A DNA stretch of 64,000 bases from Octopus vulgaris. Its lineage: Eukaryota. The notes below the pieces were generated by a model. It was not told where the DNA came from, made no database searches, and was given only the letters and a program-made list of their open reading frames with translations. Location of the stretch: positions 142,538,001-142,602,000 of the forward strand of contig OX597815.1 of NCBI GenBank assembly GCA_951406725.2. Reading direction: 5' to 3'. Each line of letters begins with the position of its first letter. The stretch's first letter is position 1. The position numbers and the translations under genes are program-made. Below are positions 42,163-57,299 of this stretch, one piece after another.

Positions 42163-43260
42163 ATATTATGGGAAGCGCACATCAATAGAGGCACATGCGT
42201 CTATTAAATTGCTCTTTCTAAACTATATATATATACATATATATATATTATATGAAAATGTGCAGATACAGGATTATATTAATCTAAGGCTTGGGTTTAG
42301 TTCAAAATATATATTCAATAAATCGTTATCCCTTGATATGTCACTCAACATATTAACATTTAAGATGACTGAAACAAATAAAAGAATAAAAGAATAAAAG
42401 AATTTACTTACAGCTGAACCCACCGAAAACAATCTCAAACAATATGTTACATTAATGTCTATGCAATAATGAATTAGTATGTAAAATACCAAGCATTTTT
42501 GTCATAATATTTCAGAGAGATATTATAATAGTGTGTATTGTATTTCATGGTCCTCAATGATATCAATTAAGAATTCTGTACAATAAAGTTTATTAAGGCT
42601 GCATTGCCCGCTCGAGTGTTCATTTGATCTGAAGTAAATATACACAAATATTTTGTGATATATCGACGCATTATTAACTCGCGTAAAAGATGCTTTACGT
42701 TTACATCAATAAACGGCAGAATAAATAATATTAATAAATAAAATGACACATTTTCACACGACATTTAGCAGTACAATTTGAAGCGATTGTTCAGTAACAA
42801 CTACTGGTAATTAGTTCCACGTCGTAAACGTTGTATTGGTTACTTGTTTAAAGAACATAAAATAGAAAGAGTCCGACAAAAAGAACATTTTATTTTCAGA
42901 AAATAGTAAAACTTCGATGTAGCAGGGATTTATTGGCTTCAGAATGGAACAGCTTTTAAAGAACAGATGACAGAGAATAGACGACTTTTAGAGAATAGAC
43001 AACGTTTGGAGAATAGTGTGTTTTTAGAGAGTAGACAATTACCTTGAACGGAAACGCCTATAGGTAACATAATATCAGGGATATCACAGAACTATTTGGA
43101 AAGATGTATTTGCTATTATCCGAAGTAGTTTTTGTAGATATGCTTTGCTTGTGAACAGGAAATATTTCGTTCCTAAATTGCTAAATTGGACTTAACGAAT
43201 ATGTCGAAAGACTACATATATTTGTATCTACATATATCATATATCATATATAGCTAAATT

Positions 43261-43815
<555 letters not shown>

Positions 43816-43824
43816 ATTTTTAAA

Positions 43825-43929
<105 letters not shown>

Positions 43930-46900
43930 CAGGTATGTGTGCGTGCAGGTGCATATATATATAAATTTCCATGTCTTGGGCAAATTTCCATGTCTAAACA
44001 ACTGTTGCAAATATTGTATTCCAATGTGGATGGTCCACTCCATAAATTCTTATATTTCGCTTTTGAAATACATTTCCCATTATATATTCATATGTTTTGA
44101 TATTTCCCCAGTAACAAGTTATGGTTCATATAGAATATTTCAAACTAAATTTCTTTGCTTCAGACATCAGATATTTTCTCAAAAGTACAATCATGTATCG
44201 CAACAAATGATAAGTACAGGAACAAGTAGTACATTTTTTGCTATACACAAGAACATCAACTTTTGCTAGCGTTGTTTATCTTAACCTTAAAATCTGTGTA
44301 TGATATTAAATATAAATTGTATTGTGGTAAATTAAATCTATTGTATATTATGGTAAAGCCAATGTATTTGTACCTACACTAACTCCCTCTGGGATGATGC
44401 AATGATCAATGAGTGGGCTAATGATCGGTTAGTCTTTTACCTAAAGCTTCTAACGGGTGTACTAGTTTTTCGTAATTACCCTTCTTTTAGAAATAGCCAT
44501 CTAACTTCTAACATTCTATACGTCAACAAATTTTAAAAGGAAGGAAATATTAATTTAATTTGGACTACATTAAGTCTGAAACAATGTTGTGATTGTCATG
44601 GCTGGAATACCTTTGTGAATAACACTGCTCCATTACAGTCGACTTCGTTTAAGTAAGAACAAACAGCTATTTCCTCTCAATGCTTCAAGTTTTCATTAGT
44701 GAGGAAAGATTATTCAACTGAATGTAGCATTATTGAAAGCCAAGATGTAAGAAACAGAGTAGTGTTAGAGTAAATAATCAATCATCTTCGTTTAAATATC
44801 TGCAGTTTAAATGTTGCATATATTATAGTAATCCCACACAATCATGGCCATAACCTTGTGATTAAGAAATATTTTTCATAACGATCTAGTCCTATATTCG
44901 ATCCTGTTGTTCATAATGGATTTTAAATGAAATTTGACAGAAGTGATTTACCCAAAAATTACATATATACATACATAGAGAGTTCGATAAAGATTGATTA
45001 AATAATTTCACTTTAAAAACAGACAATAGCCTGTATACTTGAGTTCCTAGACAAACTGCCTCAAAAGAGCAAAGAAAATATCGTGCAGAAATCTCTCTGT
45101 CGATTGGGTATTTGGTGATACTGGAGAAGGATAGTACACAGCAGATTAAATTAGGTACTAGAAAGGAAACGTGGTGAAAAGTATCATGAAGTATCTTCTC
45201 TTTTTATTTTCATTTCACTTGAAACACCCCGAAGGAAATTTATTTCTTTTCAGAATCCCTGTATTGTTGTTTTTAATGCACTGGAACAACTAAATAGCCA
45301 TAAGCAACAGAAAATTAAGTAACAATGAAGGATCTGATCAAGTGCATTTTCATGATTGTGCTCGTGCGAACGTTTTTAGTTGTTTGTTCTTTTCTACATT
45401 AAGGCTGACTTGATTGAGTCGAGGTTTAAGCAAAATTCGTCCTAGCCATCTAAGTTCTATTGTTTTGTAGGTTATATTAAGGGAAACGGTATTTCTTTTA
45501 AAGATATTAGAACATATTCGCGATATGTCAGTACTGTCTCAAGCAGTGAGAACGACTTAGTAATAAAGGCTCGTGTGTTATCTATTCCTAAACGTTATAC
45601 AATAGATACCAATCAAGTATAGTTATCAAATTTGACGAAGATTTTCTCTTTTAACACGCGCTACTTAAACTTCTCGATTTGAATATGTGTATATTTTGAT
45701 TTCTAACCTTTCATTTTCACTGGATTAAGAATCTATTTATAGTTTACGAGAATACTAGTAAGAATGGGTCATTTTCTACGCCAAGTTATACATTTATTGC
45801 CAAGTTATAAATTTATTGCAACAAATCAAATAGATTCAAGTTGATAGATAAGTATGTTTGCTGTATAAGATTGCCAGAATGACAGTGAATGTAGATTAAC
45901 AGAAGAGTGGTGAGTTAGAATAAAGTGGTCGGATAAGAGAAAAATTAAATAAATTCGTATTGTATGGAGTAGGATGTAAAGAATTAAACACTACAACGCT
46001 GCTAGCATTAAATCACTTGCAAGAAGTGCAGTACAATTCCTAGTTTGTTTCTCTGGGTACCCCAACAGTGGAACCTTTACACAAATGCCATATACAACAA
46101 TTGTTAAGCCCTAAATACGCCGTCTTTACTTTGATACCAAGAGTAATATGTATCATTTGCAACGATATATGTAGATCTCACCCAGAAAATGATCTATTAA
46201 AATATTTACCTGCGTATCATAGGAAAAACTATTTTATTTGAATAATTTCTGTAACGTTAGTGACTTTTTAGAGTCCTTATTTTTGTTGCTCTTTACAAAC
46301 TGAATACCTGAATACTTTGTACTCTGTATTTGTTATCACATACATACACTATTTGAATACACTATACATATTACAGCTCTGGATTCACTTTGGCTTACTT
46401 CATATTCAAACGAAAGAAGTATTTAAATACATTCTACAGCAATAACAGTGACAATTGTATGCGTTCAAAAAAATAGAAATTCCATTTTAAATTGAATTTT
46501 ATAGATTTGTTTGTTTGTTCCTTTATAGTTGCATTCATAAACTGGAGGTGCAATAGTAAGAAATTTCAATCATTGCATAACGTAGAAGCACATTTAAGGC
46601 CTGGGAAATTTAAATAAATCAGAGTTTATTATAGAAATAAACTAACTGATATTGCAAGCGTTTAGAACTCAGCGATAATGAAATTTATTCTTCCCAGAAT
46701 AAGCATTCAGCATTACTTAATTTGAACAAATGAAGGAAAACGAAAATAGTATGAATCTCTTGAGCAATTCAATATAGAGAAAATATATGCAAAAACTGTT
46801 ATAAAATTTTATTTCGTTTATATAAAACATTACTTGTTTTACGTATATTTTTTAAGTAAACTTTCTTCCTAGTAAGCGAGATGAATTCCATTACGTACAA

Positions 46901-47543
46901 TCAATAGACACATTTAGTTTTCTCTTTTATTTTGTGATATAAAGTGTCAAAATTTTTCATTGTATTTGGACGTCGAAATTGTTTGACACTTTATAGTATA
47001 CATTACTCTCAAAATATACACCCAAATTAATAACAAAAGCAAGTATAAACGGTGCTGTTAAGAAGATTGGTTCTAAAATGCGTGGGTCCATATTCCATTC
47101 CAGTGCGTGACGCCTGAATTTGTTCTCTTTTATTGCAGAACTGTGTCGACGAGTACTCGTTGAAAGGCGTTTGTTAGACAGCAACTAAAAGGAATCTCAT
47201 TTTAGATGTATGTCTGTGCCTATGTTCGTGTATTGAGACATGCAACGTTGTGAGAAGCTCTCTTTTCCCCAAAAGGCATCGATTTTATCATTTGATAGCA
47301 ACCGATAAAACATGTACAAGATTGTGATAACACAAAAATTCACATATCAGCAGTCAGCCACAAGTTTGGGCGAGAATTCGTGGTCTCTGATACAGGAAAA
47401 AGTGAATGAAACATGCACTGATTTTGAGAAGAGCGGCCCGATTGCTAATAAAAATCCAAAATACGCAATTGTTGCCCCAAAAAGTCCGATTGCATCTGAA
47501 CGTGCCGCTTGTTGCTGGTGGGACAGATATTTTCCTCCCCATT

Positions 47544-47630
<87 letters not shown>

Positions 47631-47659
47631 TTATTGTATTTTTAACGCAGGAAATACAT

Positions 47660-48915
47660 GAGTGATATTTCAGGATAAATTTTGCAGTAACTGGCCTATC
47701 GACTGTGAGTAAACATTAATCAAGCTTCCCCGGGCATTCATGTCTCTAGCACTTTCCAAGGAGTTTCTCATCCAGCGTGTCGAACGCCTTGCAAATGTCC
47801 ATACACACGAAGAGGTGTTGATGTTGCTCTACTACGTTCTCCTGTAGCTGTCACTGTGAAAAGATCCTGTCCATGGTTGCCCTCGCTGGCCTGAAGCTAC
47901 ATTAAGCAGGTTATAGTAGTGTTCCTTCTCACCTGGTTCGGATATCTTGATGGGCAGTGTGAAGTTTACTCCCGTCTGCTGACTTGATCGATGTGACTGC
48001 GTTGCTCGTGGTACCATGGATGGCTTTCATTCTTGAAAACACCCGTCTGCCTACCACCAGTCTTTCTTCAAGAATGGCATTTATCTCGACACTATGGACT
48101 TGATTTCAGAAAAAGTGACTCTGCTGCTCTCCGAACTCTCCTGCAGATGTCGTTGGTGCAGGCGTTGTTTTCAGTCTAACTGATTTTAGATCTCTTCCCT
48201 ATGCCTTCAGAAGCAATCAGGTGTTTTATGCTAAGAGGGTACAAGGGAGAGGTCTGCCTTCTTTTAAGCCTGCTAATGCTCCTCGATGTCATTCAGTTCA
48301 TCTGAGCTGACTGTCGTACTCTCAACCGCAGCCGTGACGGCTGTATGTTTCGCATTTGATAGTTTAGCGATGTCTATCTTCTATGGCTTCTTGCTGGTTG
48401 GGGGGTGCCTTCCTCCAGGGCAGAGGGATTCAGAGTAATAAAAATCCAAAATACGCAGTTGTTGCCCCAAAAAGTCCGATTGCATCTGGACCTGCCGCTT
48501 GTTGCGGTCAGTTGATCATTCTACTCTATGCCTTCATGCGCAGGAGTTCCTGCATCCCAGCCTTCCGGGCAATGACGTAGTCCAGCAGAAGATAGTGACC
48601 AGAGCAAGGTTATTCCCATGATGAATCAATATTGTTGGGCTAATCAAAGAATGCATTGGGGACACAGAGCTTCAGCTGTGCATAGAAGCTCAGCAGGAGG
48701 TCTCCATTGGAGTTCTTTTTGCCTTTGCCAAACTTGCCCATGATGCCAGCATATACCTCACAATCTGTTCCCATCCTGGCATTAAAGTCACATATATTTC
48801 GCAACTTGTCCTGGTGGAAACCTTGACTACAATCCTTATCAACTCTTAGTGAAAAGTGTCTTCCTCCTCCTCTGAAAATGCACGCGTTGACTGCACTGAT
48901 AGATGCAAAACCACT
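47660..48915 (-). mobile_element. RTE-clade LINE relic (AP endonuclease and start of RT)
   Basis: Minus: DFNARMGTD..GIMGKFGKGKKNSNGDLLLSF...LLDYVIAR; downstream LQENVVEQHQHL..MDICKAFDTLD (FVDLxKAFD-like). Confidence 0.85.
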
Positions 48916-50910
48916 AGAGGCACAATATCTTACCCGTAATGGACAACTGCAGGATCAGTTGATACCATCGTCCCGTTGAATAAAACTCGTACCAAACTCC
49001 GTTTCCGTATGTCCTAATCAATTCTCTCTCTTTCTTTTTCTCCTTCTCTCTTTCTCTTCCTCTCTCTCTCTCTCTCCCTCGCTCTCGAATATATACTGGC
49101 TTCATCACAGTCTCAAGAGACCAGCAGTGTAACAAACAAAAGCTGCAGACAAGGTTTTAAAGTGTATGTGTTAAATATTTCTTATATAAAGTATAGGCGT
49201 TAAATATTTCTCATATATGCGTTAAATATTTCTACTTTTGGTTAATGTTGTTGTTTATCATTGGCTAAGTTAAAATAATCTGTTACATAAATCAATCAAC
49301 AATGATCGTATTTTTCAGGTGTTCAACTATACCTGTACTATGTCTTCCTCTTTAGCACAGTATGATGTAGACCGAGGGCATTTCGTTGCTCTTTCCGTGG
49401 AACCTGATAATATGCATAATAATTATTCTACTACAATTGAAAGGTGAATATTTTAGAGACACGGTCAACAACATCAATGTAACAGATATTTGCGTTTGAC
49501 TTTCTGTAGGCTATATTATTTGTCCCATTAAATCCGTTTAAAACTGAACTTTGACATAGTTATTTATGTTTTTTGTGAATACTTAGTTGCCAATTCTATT
49601 TAGCGGGAACGAATGCAAAGTGCACTTTCAATTTTGCACTGCATATCACTCTTAGATCTCCGTAGGGAATTTCAACGTAAAGTTTCTGCACTTTGTCACC
49701 AAGTAGGAACCATTATACTATAAAAGCAACTGCAAAGTGTATTTGTTATTCCGGAATCTGTGCTTCTCATCGTCCTAAAAATAGAAATAAATGAATAGTA
49801 GATTTCTTAAATTGGTTGAATCTGCAAGACACTTTTGTTTTCGATACGGTAAAGCCGTGTAATAAAGGGCTGGTAGAATTCTGTTGGTCTAGTTTCGAAT
49901 CACATGCAGGAATGCGTATGCTAATTATTCTCAATTTGCATCAGAGTCTAGTTAGAGGATTGACCTCCCCTAATTCTAAGACATGTTTTCTTATTTTCTA
50001 AGTACCTATCATTTTTCTCGCAGCGATATTGTGTCATTTACAATGTGCATGCTTTGCTTTGTAGAAGGTGGCGATCAGTTATTTTGCATTTTAAACTTCA
50101 TGTAACCATTGAATGTTATAATTTTCGTAAGTAAATAAAAGCGCGCGCACTCACACATATGTATTTGATATATACATGTATATTTTTGTATCTATAATGT
50201 AGCTTTGTCATAAAAGAAAAGGTATTTACACGCTCGGCATACAAATATATAAGACAAATTATGACAAGGTAATATACCTTTTTATATGGTTTATTATTTC
50301 CTAAGCACGCATCATTTATCTTACAACAATATATTTTGTCATTTCAATCGTACATGGTGAATTTGTTACCAGATCGTATTTGTGCGCTGTATATGTTATA
50401 TCATATTTGAAGTGGCATAATTTAAATGTCACCAAGAATCGTAGTAATTTCCACTTCATTTGCTCATCGTTCAGACGGATTTTTATCCAAAATAAAGATA
50501 ACAAGCAAGCTGCCACACTGCTATATATATATATATAAAAAAAACACAATAGTAATGATAGATTTTGTTATATTGAGACTTCTCAAGACAAACACTTATT
50601 CATAGAAAACTTGAAAGAAAATGAATATAGATCATATCTTGTTTTCTTTTTTAGAAGTTTACCGATAACATCAAGGGAAATTACCATTCATGAAACTTCA
50701 TTGACAATGCGAAAGAAATCTTAATTAAAATATTAAAAGATTAAAAGTTATATATCACTTATACACATACGCACTCACACATACGTGCGCATACACATAA
50801 CATATATGCGAATCTACATACATACCTGCATATACAATATATATATGTATGTAAACAAATATATATATATATATATATATATGTATATGCATATATATTT
50901 ATCTTTCTAT

Positions 50911-51068
50911 GCGTGGTAAGTAGCTTGCTTACCAGCCACATGGTTCCGGGTTCAGTCCCACTGCGTGGCACCTTGAGCAAATGTCTTCTAATATAGCCTC
51001 GGGCCGACCGAAGCCTTGTGAATGGATTTGGTCTGAAAAGAAGCCCGCCGTATATATGTATATATATG

Positions 51069-51158
<90 letters not shown>

Positions 51159-51350
51159 CGTTTGTGTTTGTCCCCCTAACATCGCTTGACAACATGCTGG
51201 CGTGTTACGCCCCCGTAACTTATCGGTTCGGCAAAACAGACCGATAGAATAATTACTAGGCTTACAAAGAATAGGTCCTGGGGTCGATTTGCTAAACTAA
51301 AGGCGGTGCTGCAGCATATCCACAGTCAAATGACTGAAACAAGAAAAAGT
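50911..51350 (+). mobile_element. SINE family B with an expanded internal (TA)n(TG)n
   Basis: gtggtaagtagcttgcttaccagccacatggttccgggttcagtcccactgcgtggcaccttgagcaa... Confidence 0.9.
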
Positions 51351-52119
51351 AAGTAAGTAAAGTAAGTATATATTGGAAAAAAGTGGACAGGTTACACTGC
51401 CGTGAGGAGTGAAGTTTCCAAGTTTTCGGGGTCAATACTTCGTCAGGGAGCAGAGAAAGAGAGAAGAAACGGAGAAAGAAATTCAAACAGAGTTTGAAAA
51501 ATCGTCTGATTAGTCGCCGACAACCTCATCATATATATTTTATTTTCATAGTTATTTTCATAGTTTTATGACTTTTTATGCTACTGGATAAGATGTTACC
51601 CAGTACTACTTGCCACAGGTATGATCATGCCTATCAATTTCATTCATCATCAATTGATATAACGCCATGTTATCTTCCACTTGCTTGTCACTGAAATTGA
51701 GTTATTGATGTCTAGAGCGATAGATGTGTGTAACATCCTAGTCCCTTTTCAACAGACTGTCTTTAAAAGGGTTATCTCTGTACGAAATAGGGTAAACATA
51801 AGCGTTGAACATCATATATACATTCATTTGACATCGATAATATTTACGTTATAGATCCGGTTTTAACTCAAACTTTAAACTTTGTTCTACTCGTGCGGTG
51901 CTGGTTCGCGCATAGAGATAGAGTTACGCTACGTCAATATGCTTCCTGGCCAGTAATTTGAATTCGTTTCGAGGCAACTCAAATATACAGCACCAATGAG
52001 CTAAGAAAACAACGAAATATTGATATCTGTCGTTCTTGTTCAACACCTAAGCGTTTCATTTCGCCAATATTTCACATATACTGCGTCTTTCCACACGCTA
52101 CGTCTTGAATGAGACTTAC

Positions 52120-52235
52120 CCCCGATGAAACACAACAACCAGAAAAATGCTTAACAAAACACATACATTAAGAATGTCACCACGATAACAAGTATAAACA
52201 TGAACGCATACATAAGCACACCGCAACAACGACAT
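52120..52235 (-). CDS. candidate first coding exon (signal-peptide-like) of an unidentified minus-strand gene
   Basis: AAAAAA-ATG context; MSLLRCAYVCVHVYTCYRGDILNVCVLLSIFLVVVFHR(G) stays open to a GG|GTAAGT donor; non-repetitive, CpG-richer surroundings. No homology recognised. Confidence 0.3.
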
Positions 52236-52444
52236 TTTTTCTATGTAAATCTACTATATCGCGAACTTGTCTTTCGCCAAGAAAACTCAAAAACGAACCT
52301 ATACTAGTTTCAAAGATATTTGGAAAGGCGACATTAATCCTCATTGGAAAGTTGATAATGCTACTAAGGATCAATACCGTTGAAGGATGCAAGTAGACAA
52401 CAGTTTAAAAAGATAGCGAGGTCATGCTGAGATTACTTTTACTT

Positions 52445-52644
52445 TTTTTACTTTTTACTTGTTTCAGTCATGTGACTGTGGCCATGCTGGAGCACCGCCT
52501 TTAGTCGAGCAAATCAACCCAGGACTTATTCTTTGTAAGCCTAGTACTTCTTCTATCAGTCTCTTTTGCCGAACCGCTAAGTTTCGGGGACGTAAACACA
52601 CCAGCATCGGTTGTCAAGCGATGCTGGGGGACAAACACAGACAC

Positions 52645-52684
<40 letters not shown>

Positions 52685-52846
52685 GATGGGCTTCTTTCGG
52701 TTTCCGTCTACCAAATTCACTCACAAGGCTTTGGTCGGCCCGAGGCTATAATAGAAGACACTTACCCAAGGTGTCACGCAGTGGAACTGAACCTGGAACC
52801 ATGTGGTTGGTAAACAAGCTACTTACCACACAGCCACTCCTACGCC
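52445..52846 (-). mobile_element. SINE family B, full length
   Basis: Reverse complement of the 50911 and 56246 copies, from the AGGCGTAGGAGTGGCTGTGTGGTAAG head to the TGACTGAAACAAGTAAAAAG tail. Confidence 0.9.
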
Positions 52847-53314
52847 TTGTTGATAACAGGAAGTAAAATCCACGTTAAAGCGACATCAGAACAAGAGTGG
52901 CAATCGGACGGCACCTTCAAGTGTTGTTATTACAGCAGCAATTCCAATCGCAAACGGGTTTCCAAAGCCACAGCAGATGCTACTCTGCTAGCAATACCAA
53001 AGAAGGTTTTGCATGCGCAGATCTGTTGTCTCGCCAACCTAAATGACGCTTCTCCACACATATACGTAAAAGTATACATGTACGTTTATACTTATATAGA
53101 GGTACATACATAGAAAGATAAATATATGTATCGATTCTTACACTCGTGTACAACAAATAAGTCAATATTTCATCACGTCTCATTTGAAATGAGCTCTTTC
53201 GCTACATGCTCACTTACATAACATAATGCACCTACATACACAGATATATAATATAAATAAAAATATATAAATAATTTATAGACACAGACATACAAATATA
53301 TATATATGTGTGTG

Positions 53315-53356
<42 letters not shown>

Positions 53357-53376
53357 GACACACAAATATATGTGTG

Positions 53377-53425
<49 letters not shown>

Positions 53426-55074
53426 GCAGGCACACATGCACACACACACACACGTGTGTACGTTTGTTGATGATGATTCGCTGGCACACTAATTAAATTT
53501 TCATATACGCATAAAATGTATATGTGAACTTTCAGATTGCCTTTGATGAAATCATAAAAGGCATCTGAGAGATCACATAGTCATTTTACGCGCGCGCGTG
53601 TGCTTATGTCTGAGTGTGTGCAAGTTTGTGTATGTCTGTGTGCGTGTGTGTGTGTGAAACGCTACGCAATACAGTTATGAATCACCAAATGTTTACTTAT
53701 CAATATTATTCTATACAGTATAATGAGGACCTTTTTCGTTTGCACTCCTAAACACAAACACACATACACAGATATAGACAAATAGATACGTAGGTAAATA
53801 GATACATACATACATACATACATGCATACATACTTAAATACACACACATACACACGCACATATAAGCTTACACACATATATACATATACGAATTTTTTTA
53901 ATTTAATTTTGCCGTATCTACAGATGATAGAATGGTTCGTTAAATACCACTTTTCGCAATGCGCACTTTCTGTACATTTGAAAATTGTTTATAATATATG
54001 CCTCTTTGAATATGTGTGGAATAAATTCTTGAATTCGTTCGCAAATAGTAATTGCTTTTATATACTCCCATATTGATTTTCCTTTAATTTCTACTCCTTA
54101 AAAAAAAATACCAATCTAAAGCATAAACGTCGACCTTAATCGACACCAGTGCAGACCAGACATCTATTTTATCAATCGCGGAACGCAAATTGGAATAATT
54201 CATTGTTAGAATAACAAATCTATCATTTTGTACCAAAGTCGGTTAAAATGTGTACATAGCGATTTTTCAGTATGATATAAGTTTATTGGGATAAATTGTG
54301 TTTACTATTAGCAATTTTTCGAAGTTTGCTGATAACGGTCCTTTGCAGACTTAGAATCATAAGTTCCAATCAAACATAACCCAGCAACTGGCTACATTGA
54401 ACTTATTTATTCTTATCTGCTGTATTGTTTCTATGATATTAACACAAATAGGTGTAAGATATGAACACAAGACCTTTATCATGTCCCTGAAGATTGGATA
54501 GCAGAAAAGGGCTAAATTATCTTCGGAACAGATACCTATCTCGAATGCATGTAACAAAGTGAATTCCACTAAAATGACCCATGTGTTGGGCGACGGGCTA
54601 CGTAAGTCGGTCAAGAACTACCTCAAAAAGTATTCTGTACACTTATCCTCAACAAACAAAAAATGTTGCAAAAAAACGTTAGTGTCGAATTGCAATAATC
54701 ACCAGCAGTCAGCCATAACCGCGCATATTTGAAATATTTTGACACTATGTATCTTTTCAAATCAGTGCTGAGGGGACTTTGTTAACAAATGTCATGTAAT
54801 GTAGGATGTTGATAGGATGACAAGGAATGTTAAATAATATAAGTAAATATACATAATTCCAGTCCTAATAAAGCTGCATTAAATTCCTTTAAATTACATA
54901 TAAATCTTATTTCTCCTTTAAAACATTTGCTGCTTCATTATGAAAACGTACAACTGTAAAAGAATTATAAGAATTTGAAACATGCTTACTTCTGAGATTA
55001 CGTACATACGCTCACACAGACATCTATCTATTATCAATAGCATCATCACCATCACCATTTTCATTTCTACCACC

Positions 55075-55108
<34 letters not shown>

Positions 55109-56245
55109 TCTTCAGCATCATTGTCTAATCTAAACATTTTGACTGCCATGGATTGCTATATCGAAATTTCTTGCACTACTCTTACATATTCATTGTTTTA
55201 AAACTATGTAATTATTGATATTATCCACATACGCAATTCTTTGCCTTCCAATATTCCTATTTCTTATGCTTCCGTCAGCCATTTTCCATAAATATGTATC
55301 CAAAATATTTTAATTTTTCTCTAATTTGTTGTTGTCTAATAAAATATTCATACTTGTAGATATTGATATTACATGAAAGGTTTCTTTTCATTTTACAATA
55401 TTCTTAAAAGTCTTCAGTATGCCCACATATCCAAAACCTTGCAATCGGCTTAATAGTACAGGTTATGCCTACATTGAAGCAACATGTGGTAAAGTCGATT
55501 ATACACAACATTTTAATAACATTTTTATCGTCTCGCTATTAATGTTCATTGATGTGACTGCATAACGTTGCTTTTTAGTGACTAACCTACTAATTCAAAC
55601 ATCTTTCGTTTATTTTTGCTTTCTGTTTTACATTTACTGTTTTCTGATTTCATATATCTCAAGTATATTTCATTTGACCGTTATTTTTAGCTTACCCTTC
55701 AATTGTAAAATTGTAATTTATTTCAGCCATTATATTACTGATTCTTACTAATTTAGTTTTCTCTACTTTCATTTCTGTTTCGTGATTCCAAGGCTATTGT
55801 GGAATTTCTAATCAAAATTAACAAGGGAAATAAATATGGCTTAGCTTTCATCAGTTTTGTTGAGTATCTCAATAACATTCCTGGTATGTGTTGTGTTTAG
55901 ATTAAACTATACCACACACACTCCTTAACACGTCTTAATTTGAAATTCTGTTTTAGTATGGTTTTCTTTTATGTAATTTTTTCGTGACTAGTTCTTCCTC
56001 AGAAAACTTTCGTTATTCAAGCACTTTTATTGGATATTCCGAGAAGTGACAACTAGTCGATTGATTAATATTGCAGGTTTTACTCCGTCAAATACCTTGT
56101 TGCATTCGAAAACTCAAATGTACTTATCTTGATTTGTATCAAAATCATTTTCACGTGTGATTTTTAGGTAAAATATTAATTCACGACTTCCTATGACAAG
56201 TTTGAAACGACTATGCAGTTGGCTAATTTATATCTATATATATAT

Positions 56246-56385
56246 GTGTGGTAAGTAGCTTGCTTACCAACCATATGGTTCCAGGTTCATTCCCACTGCG
56301 TGTCTTCTACTAAAGCCTCGGGCCGACCAAAGCCTTGTCAGTGGATTTGGTAGACGGAAACTGAAAGAAGCCCGTCGTATATATG

Positions 56386-56416
<31 letters not shown>

Positions 56417-56630
56417 ATATGTTTGTGTGTATGTGTTTGTCCCCCCCCCCCCAACATCGCTTGACAATAGATAGTGGTGTGTTTACGTCCCCGTAACTTA
56501 GCGATTCGGCAAAAAAGACCGATAGAATAAGTACTAGGCTTCCAAAGAATAAGTTCTGGGGTAGATTTCTTCGACTAAAGGCGGTGCTCCAGCATAGCCG
56601 CAGTGAAATGAGTGAAACAAGTAAAACAGG
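56246..56630 (+). mobile_element. SINE family B
   Basis: Same head, internal microsatellite and tail as the other family B copies. Confidence 0.9.
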
Positions 56631-56631
56631 A

Positions 56632-56719
<88 letters not shown>

Positions 56720-57299
56720 CCCTTGAAGTAATTCTTTGTTGGAATTGTTATTAGCTGTTTACTCGCGTAGTCCATTACACATATTAGACAACTGTTCTCA
56801 ACTTAATACTTCTTTGGTAATCGAAGAAATACAAGCGTTTCATTTGTAGGATGCATCGATTCATATATATTGCTTTAATCTTTTTATGTATCTACATTTC
56901 GTCTATCTAATATTTAATGTTTTACTAGTATTTTGTCTGCTTCAGTTGTCTTTGCAACATTCAATGACCTATTACCATTTCTGCTTCATTTTAAGATTTT
57001 ATTTCCTTTCCATTAACAGTCTCAGAACTTAGCACAGTTAATCTATTCTTTTTACTCTACAGCCGTTATAAATATTTTTACCAGTCTAGATGGAATTTGC
57101 CCGTAATCAGACAGTATGTATTTGACTTAATGTTACCACTTTTAATACGTATTTGCATTGTGTAATCTAATTCTAATTTATATATTTAGAGAATTTTCGG
57201 GCTAAATTTGACAATCTGTATAAACGACAGAAATTACAATATCCCATTCAAAAATAAGCATTTTAAGAATTAAAATATCAATTAGATTATGGATGGAAA

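Noticed and set aside
55370-55422. Minus-strand CTGAAGA...GAAA
   Set aside because: Low-complexity A/T stem, no stem III and no UH site; likely chance
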